Below, one piece after another: positions 27,422 through 32,203 of a stretch of 32,203 bases of DNA. The position numbers were made by a program, and so were the translations under genes. The notes under the pieces were generated by a model, which saw only the letters and a list, made by a program, of their open reading frames with translations, ran no database searches and was not told where the DNA came from. Origin of the DNA: Bdellovibrionia bacterium (GTDB taxonomy: Bacteria; Bdellovibrionota; UBA1018). How positions within the stretch are numbered: the stretch's first letter is position 1; each line of letters opens with the position of its first letter. The stretch spans positions 1-32,203 of the forward strand of contig JBJMMA010000046.1 of NCBI GenBank assembly GCA_045805065.1, read 5' to 3'.

Positions 27422-29782
27422 ATGGAAGGACCTAAATCCACCTTTCGCACCGAGGGGAGTCGAGATGTCGACAAACGTCGGTTTCACCGGCTGGAAGTGT
27501 CATCACTGGTTCTTCTCTCCATCGGGCTACTCCTGACATGCCTGGCGACGTTCTATGTCTATTGGAACGTTCAACGTGAAGATACCAGTCGGTTCAATGA
27601 TCTCAACGAGCAAATATTAAGGAGCATTCGAAGCCGCATTGATCGGTACAGAATTTTTCTGATTCAATCACGCGGTCTGTTTGTAGCTAACAAAAATCGT
27701 CAGGTGACGCGGCGGGAGTTTCATAATTACGTCAGCAGCATGGATATTCCAAAACTTTTTCCTGGAATTCAAGGCGTGGGTTTCGCACAGCGACTCAAAT
27801 CTTCAGAGCTTTCTTCCGTTGTGAACAAAACCCGAAGCGAGGGATTTCCTGAGTTTAAAATTTGGCCCAGCTATCCGCGCTCTGACTATTTTCCAGTGAT
27901 TTATATTGAGCCCCTGGACTGGAGAAATCTTCGAGCCTTTGGCTTTGATATGTTCACTGAGGCAACCCGCAGGGAGGCGATGGAAAGATCCTGGCTGACG
28001 GGCGAGGCTGTGGTTTCAGGCCATGTCACTTTGGTTCAGGAGACTGAAAAGGATCAGCAGCCTGGATTCCTGCTCTATGTTCCTGTTTACCGAGCAGGGG
28101 CACCGGTTCAGACTGAGGAAGAAAAGAGGAACGCTCTGATAGGCTTTGTCTATAGCCCCTTCAGGAGTCACGATCTTTTTCTATCATTATTTCAAGGGCA
28201 GCATCTTCCGATCGATTTTGAAGTATTTGATGGCAGCACACCTTCCGCGAAAACGCTTTTGTTCGATAAGGATGGCGTCTTAAAATACGGAGATCCGGCA
28301 CATAGGCCCCGGTTCGAAAAACTTAACCAGATGGAAATCGGTGGGCGAGTCTGGACCATCTATACGAGTACTGAGTCCACGTATGTTTTGCCCACAGCGC
28401 GCTATGCGCCCTTTCTATCAGTTTTAGCGGGACTCATTATCACGTTCTTATTGTTCAGAATCTTTCTTGCCTCAGGAAGGCACCAAGTTGAGCTCGAGAG
28501 TCTATATGAGAACGAACAGGCAGCCCGTAGACAGAGCGAATCCTCACTTTCCGATCTTGAGACTTTGAACCGGGTCAGCGTGAATCTGTCTGCGGAGCTC
28601 AATCTGCAGAAGCTTGTTCATGATGTGACGAACTCTGCTGTACTTCTGACTCATGCCCATATTGGAGCATTCTTCTTCCATGCGGTCGGGCAGCAGGGAG
28701 AGCTGTATACGCTTTATGCAAGCGTAGGTGCTCCTCGCGACAGCATATCCAGGCTGTTCAGGTCTGTACCTGCATCGACAATTAAGATGATCTTTGCTGG
28801 TACTGGAACGATAAGAAGCAACGATACACGCTCGGATCCACGCTTTGAGGGCTTTCGCTCAAGCACCTACGACGTAGAGGAGCGGCTTAATGTGGTGAGC
28901 TTTCTCGCAGCGCCTGTGGTGTCGCGAGGCGGTGAAGTCATGGGTGGACTGATCTTTGGGCATGAAGCGCCAAGCAGATTCTCTGAGCGTGAAGAGAAGA
29001 TTGCGGCAGGGCTTGCGGCACAAGCTGCGGTGGCGATTGATAACGCAAGACTTTACCAGCGCTCCAGGGAGGCCACCGCGGTCAGAGATGAATTTTTGTC
29101 GATCTGTAGTCACGAGCTGAAGACGCCTCTGACAACGCTTAAATTACAGGCCCAAAAGAATAAACGGATACTGGCCAAGCAAAACGTATTAACGGAGCAA
29201 TCCGTGAACAGCCTGTTGAATGCCACAGAAAAGCAAGTCGACCGGCTATCCCGATTGGTGGATGACATGCTGGATGTATCGCGAATCGTGACGGGAAGGC
29301 TGAAAGTTGAAACCGAGTCCTTTGAGCTGGGGGCGTTGGTGCGGGAGATCGTAGAGAGATTGACACCTCAAATTGAGGCGGCAGGTTGTCGGGTAAAAGT
29401 GGAAATCGTCCCATCCATCGTCGGAGAGTGGGATCGACTGCGCATTGATCAGGTTGTGACCAATCTCATTACCAATGCCGCAAAGTATGGTCCTGGAAAA
29501 CCTGTTTATGTCTCGGTGACGGAAGAGGCGGGTGAGGCGAAGATCAGTATCCGGGATGAAGGTATCGGAATTGCGCCCGAGCACCACCGCAGGATATTTG
29601 AACGCTTTGAGCGAGCAGTGGAAGATTCTGGAATCAGCGGGCTTGGATTAGGTCTCTACATCACCCGTCAGATCTTAGAAGCTCACGGGGGCAATATCCA
29701 GGTTGAAAGTCAAGTCGGTCAAGGCGCAACCTTCATTGTAACATTACCGATTTTAAGTGGTCGTCTAAAAAAGGCGTCCTGA
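27422..29782 (+). CDS. CHASE-GAF sensor histidine kinase
   Basis: TM, CHASE (PGIQGVGF, YIEP..N.RAFGFDM, TLVQE, GFVYSPFR), TM, GAF (SFLAAPVVSR.GEV.GGL.FGH), SHELKTP and GLGLGL. Confidence 0.95.
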   Translation: MEGPKSTFRTEGSRDVDKRRFHRLEVSSLVLLSIGLLLTCLATFYVYWNVQREDTSRFNDLNEQILRSIRSRIDRYRIFLIQSRGLFVANKNRQVTRREFHNYVSSMDIPKLFPGIQGVGFAQRLKSSELSSVVNKTRSEGFPEFKIWPSYPRSDYFPVIYIEPLDWRNLRAFGFDMFTEATRREAMERSWLTGEAVVSGHVTLVQETEKDQQPGFLLYVPVYRAGAPVQTEEEKRNALIGFVYSPFRSHDLFLSLFQGQHLPIDFEVFDGSTPSAKTLLFDKDGVLKYGDPAHRPRFEKLNQMEIGGRVWTIYTSTESTYVLPTARYAPFLSVLAGLIITFLLFRIFLASGRHQVELESLYENEQAARRQSESSLSDLETLNRVSVNLSAELNLQKLVHDVTNSAVLLTHAHIGAFFFHAVGQQGELYTLYASVGAPRDSISRLFRSVPASTIKMIFAGTGTIRSNDTRSDPRFEGFRSSTYDVEERLNVVSFLAAPVVSRGGEVMGGLIFGHEAPSRFSEREEKIAAGLAAQAAVAIDNARLYQRSREATAVRDEFLSICSHELKTPLTTLKLQAQKNKRILAKQNVLTEQSVNSLLNATEKQVDRLSRLVDDMLDVSRIVTGRLKVETESFELGALVREIVERLTPQIEAAGCRVKVEIVPSIVGEWDRLRIDQVVTNLITNAAKYGPGKPVYVSVTEEAGEAKISIRDEGIGIAPEHHRRIFERFERAVEDSGISGLGLGLYITRQILEAHGGNIQVESQVGQGATFIVTLPILSGRLKKAS

Positions 29783-29983
29783 TCCTTTTAGGCACGATCA
29801 AAAGCCGCCTCAATTCTTAGGCTTGGTCGCATGAGTAAGTTCAGCTTTTGCAAAGTGTTGAGACCATGCGTGGTTCCATAACCTGGCGGCCGCGCCACGG
29901 GAGAAGACGATCGGCCAAATCCGGACGGACCGACTCGGCAAATCCATCTGTTCAGTTTTTCAGGGAAGAATTGCGAAAGATTT

Positions 29984-31093
29984 ATGACAAATAAACCCTT
30001 CTTTGATCATCATTCGTTAAAAGTTTTCGGTGCTTTGCTCGGACCAAGAATCGGATGGGTCATCGTTTCATTGCTATTTGGTTTTGTTGCAAGATGGATC
30101 TTTGCTCGCTTTTCAGACCGCTATCTTCGCAAGAGGAGTCATCTTCCTGGATTCTCCAATCAAACAAGTTTCTTTGGCTGGAGAACGCAATTTCTTTTCA
30201 CGCTGATTGCCCTCCATTTGACTCTGCCATGGATGGAATATGACAAGCTGACCAGCAAAAGTATTGATCAGTGGATTGGCGTTGGAATCATCATCAGTGT
30301 CTGGCTGGTGCTTGCCAGGGTACTTCGTCTGTTTCGCTGGGTTGCAAATGTTCGCTACGATATGAGCCATCCCGACAATCTGCTCGCGCGCAAGGTGAGA
30401 ACACAGCTCTACTACCTTGAGGAAGTCGCTCAGATCACAGTGGGTTTTATTGCATTCTGTATGATCCTGATGAGCTTTGAGAGTGCCCGACGCTACGGCA
30501 GCAGTCTCATTGCGTCGGCGGGTTTGGCCGGCGTGATTATTGGTTTTGCCGCACAGCGCTTCCTTGGGAGTATTATTGCGGGGCTTCAGATCGCTTTCAC
30601 TCAACCTTTGCGAATCGATGACGTTGTGATCGTGGAAGGTGAATGGGGAAAGGTGCAGGAGATCAGTCTTACCTACATCGTGATCGGAACCTGGGACGGC
30701 AGGTCTTTGGTGGTGCCCATCACATATTTCGTCGAAAAACCTTTTCAGAACTGGACTCGAACAAATGCCGAGCTTTTAGGAAGCGTGTTGATCTTTGCGG
30801 ACTATACGCTCCCTGTTCAACAATTGCGATCAAGGTTCGAAGAGCTGATTCAGGGCTCGCCGTTGTGGGATGGCAAAGTGGGGAAAATCCATGTGACGGA
30901 TGCAACGGAGAAGTCCATGCAGATCCGCGCTCTGGTCAGTGCCAGAAATGCTGGCGATGCCTTTGAGCTCCGCTGCTATGTTCGCGAGGAGTTAATCCGG
31001 TTCATCCAAAATCAGTCTCCAAGCTATCTTCCGAAGGCGCGCGTCACGGCAGTCGAGCCGGATAGCGCGGTGAAGAATGGCGAAGCCGCATGA
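29984..31093 (+). CDS. Small-conductance mechanosensitive channel (MscS family)
   Basis: ARKVRTQ, SAGLAGVIIGFAAQ, QPLRIDDVV.VEGEWGKV.EI and PFQNWTR. Confidence 0.93.
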   Translation: MTNKPFFDHHSLKVFGALLGPRIGWVIVSLLFGFVARWIFARFSDRYLRKRSHLPGFSNQTSFFGWRTQFLFTLIALHLTLPWMEYDKLTSKSIDQWIGVGIIISVWLVLARVLRLFRWVANVRYDMSHPDNLLARKVRTQLYYLEEVAQITVGFIAFCMILMSFESARRYGSSLIASAGLAGVIIGFAAQRFLGSIIAGLQIAFTQPLRIDDVVIVEGEWGKVQEISLTYIVIGTWDGRSLVVPITYFVEKPFQNWTRTNAELLGSVLIFADYTLPVQQLRSRFEELIQGSPLWDGKVGKIHVTDATEKSMQIRALVSARNAGDAFELRCYVREELIRFIQNQSPSYLPKARVTAVEPDSAVKNGEAA

Positions 31094-31129
31094 AGGGACT
31101 TCCTCGGTTCATGGCACAAATGGATCGCG

Positions 31130-32203
31130 TCAATCCTGATGCTCAAGCTGCTTTTTTAGCTCGGGCTTAACAACTTTGCCCATGGCATTTCTAGGAAGCT
31201 CGTTGAGAAAGAAGACTTCTTTTGGAACCTTGTACGGGGCGAGTCTCTCTTTCAGAAAGGAGCGAAGTGCCTCAGGGCTAAGATCCGAATGCTCAGGTCG
31301 ACGGACGACGCAAGCGGTGACCCGGTCGCCCCAGACCGCGTCAGGAAGGCCGATCACGGCGACTTCGGATACGCCGGAATGCTCGCGGATGGCTTCTTCG
31401 ATTTCCAGAGCGCTGAGCTTATAGCCACCGCTTTTAAGAATGTCGACGCTCGTTCTGCCGAGGATCCGGAAGGCGCCATCTTCAGATAACTCTACGGTAT
31501 CGCCGGTGCGAAAAAAACGCTCACCCTCGACGGTCACAAATGCCTCTGTGGTTGCCTCAGGTCGCTTGTAATACTCTTTGAAAACGCTTGGACCTGAGAT
31601 CCAAAGCTCACCCTCGACAATACAGGTTTTAACTGTGGCAAGTGGCTGACCCACGCATCCTTCCACGCGGTTTCCATGCAAAGGATTGGAGAGACCTACG
31701 CCGATCTCGCTCATGCCAAATCTCTCAAGCGGAATCAGGCCTGTGATCTCTTTCCATCGGCGAGCCAGAGTCACAGGAAGTGCAGCGCTTCCGCTCGTTG
31801 CCAGCCGGAGTCCGCGCGCGTTAGCTTTCCAGCGAGCCTGGGTCTCGATGTCGACCTCATCCAAGGCTTGAAAGAGCTTGGCGTAAATCGTCGGTACAGC
31901 CATAAAGACCGTGGATGATGCCATTTTCTCCCAGATCAGCTGGGCTGAGAACTGAGGGATGAAGGCAATGCTTGCTCCTGCGCTCAGACTGGAGAGCAGC
32001 GCGATACAAAGCCCATGCATGTGATGCAGGGGAAGGGTATGAAGAAGAGTGTCAGACTCCGTGAGACCCCAGGCCTCACACAGAAGTTTTTGCTGGTGAG
32101 TCAGGTTTCCTAAGGTCAGTACGACGCCTTTGGGTTTTCCCGTGGTGCCACTTGTGTAAAGTTGAAGCGCTGCCGAGTCCGATGACGGGCGCGCGATGGC
32201 TTC
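31130..32203 (-). CDS. Acyl-CoA synthetase (malonyl-CoA synthetase MatB/ACSF3-like), 5' end outside the window
   Basis: Frame is open from 32203: YTSGTTGKPKG, LPLHHMHGL, ERFGMSE, FRTGD, DILKSGGYKLSALEIE and LPRNAMGKV. Confidence 0.9.
   Translation of the reverse strand, partial: EAIARPSSDSAALQLYTSGTTGKPKGVVLTLGNLTHQQKLLCEAWGLTESDTLLHTLPLHHMHGLCIALLSSLSAGASIAFIPQFSAQLIWEKMASSTVFMAVPTIYAKLFQALDEVDIETQARWKANARGLRLATSGSAALPVTLARRWKEITGLIPLERFGMSEIGVGLSNPLHGNRVEGCVGQPLATVKTCIVEGELWISGPSVFKEYYKRPEATTEAFVTVEGERFFRTGDTVELSEDGAFRILGRTSVDILKSGGYKLSALEIEEAIREHSGVSEVAVIGLPDAVWGDRVTACVVRRPEHSDLSPEALRSFLKERLAPYKVPKEVFFLNELPRNAMGKVVKPELKKQLEHQD

Noticed and set aside
1..32203. Prophage, IS element, defence island or RNA genes
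   Set aside because: No integrase, transposase, phage structural, nuclease or reverse-transcriptase motifs and no tRNA or rRNA signatures seen by eye; a covariance-model scan would be needed to exclude small RNAs.

Overview
Gene-dense chromosomal window of mid GC content with about 33 protein-coding loci and no rRNA, tRNA, CRISPR array, integrase or transposase that I can see. The gene content suggests a Bdellovibrionota/Oligoflexia-like or related deltaproteobacterial-type bacterium (inference only). It holds metabolic and detoxification genes (astB, beta-carbonic anhydrase, frmA-fghA, non-haem chloroperoxidase-type hydrolase, two DsbA-family proteins, a VOC protein, a DTW tRNA-modifying enzyme, MscS, a MatB-like acyl-CoA synthetase), several secreted or outer-membrane proteins of unknown function, and dense two-component signalling: five complete histidine kinases, one GAF-HisKA protein without an ATPase domain and three stand-alone receivers, none with a DNA-binding output. 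The most notable observations are: (1) a recurring sigma54-like 16-mer with a relaxed first G upstream of up to 11 genes, many stress-related, some possibly leaderless; (2) a secreted Gly/Pro/His repeat protein behind a structured leader next to carbonic anhydrase; (3) the truncated GAF-HisKA protein; (4) a one-base frameshift in a DUF2461 gene; (5) an 11-bp phased repeat between divergent receiver genes; (6) a perfect inverted repeat over a kinase start codon. None of these is proven novel. All family calls come from motif recognition by eye, without database searches.
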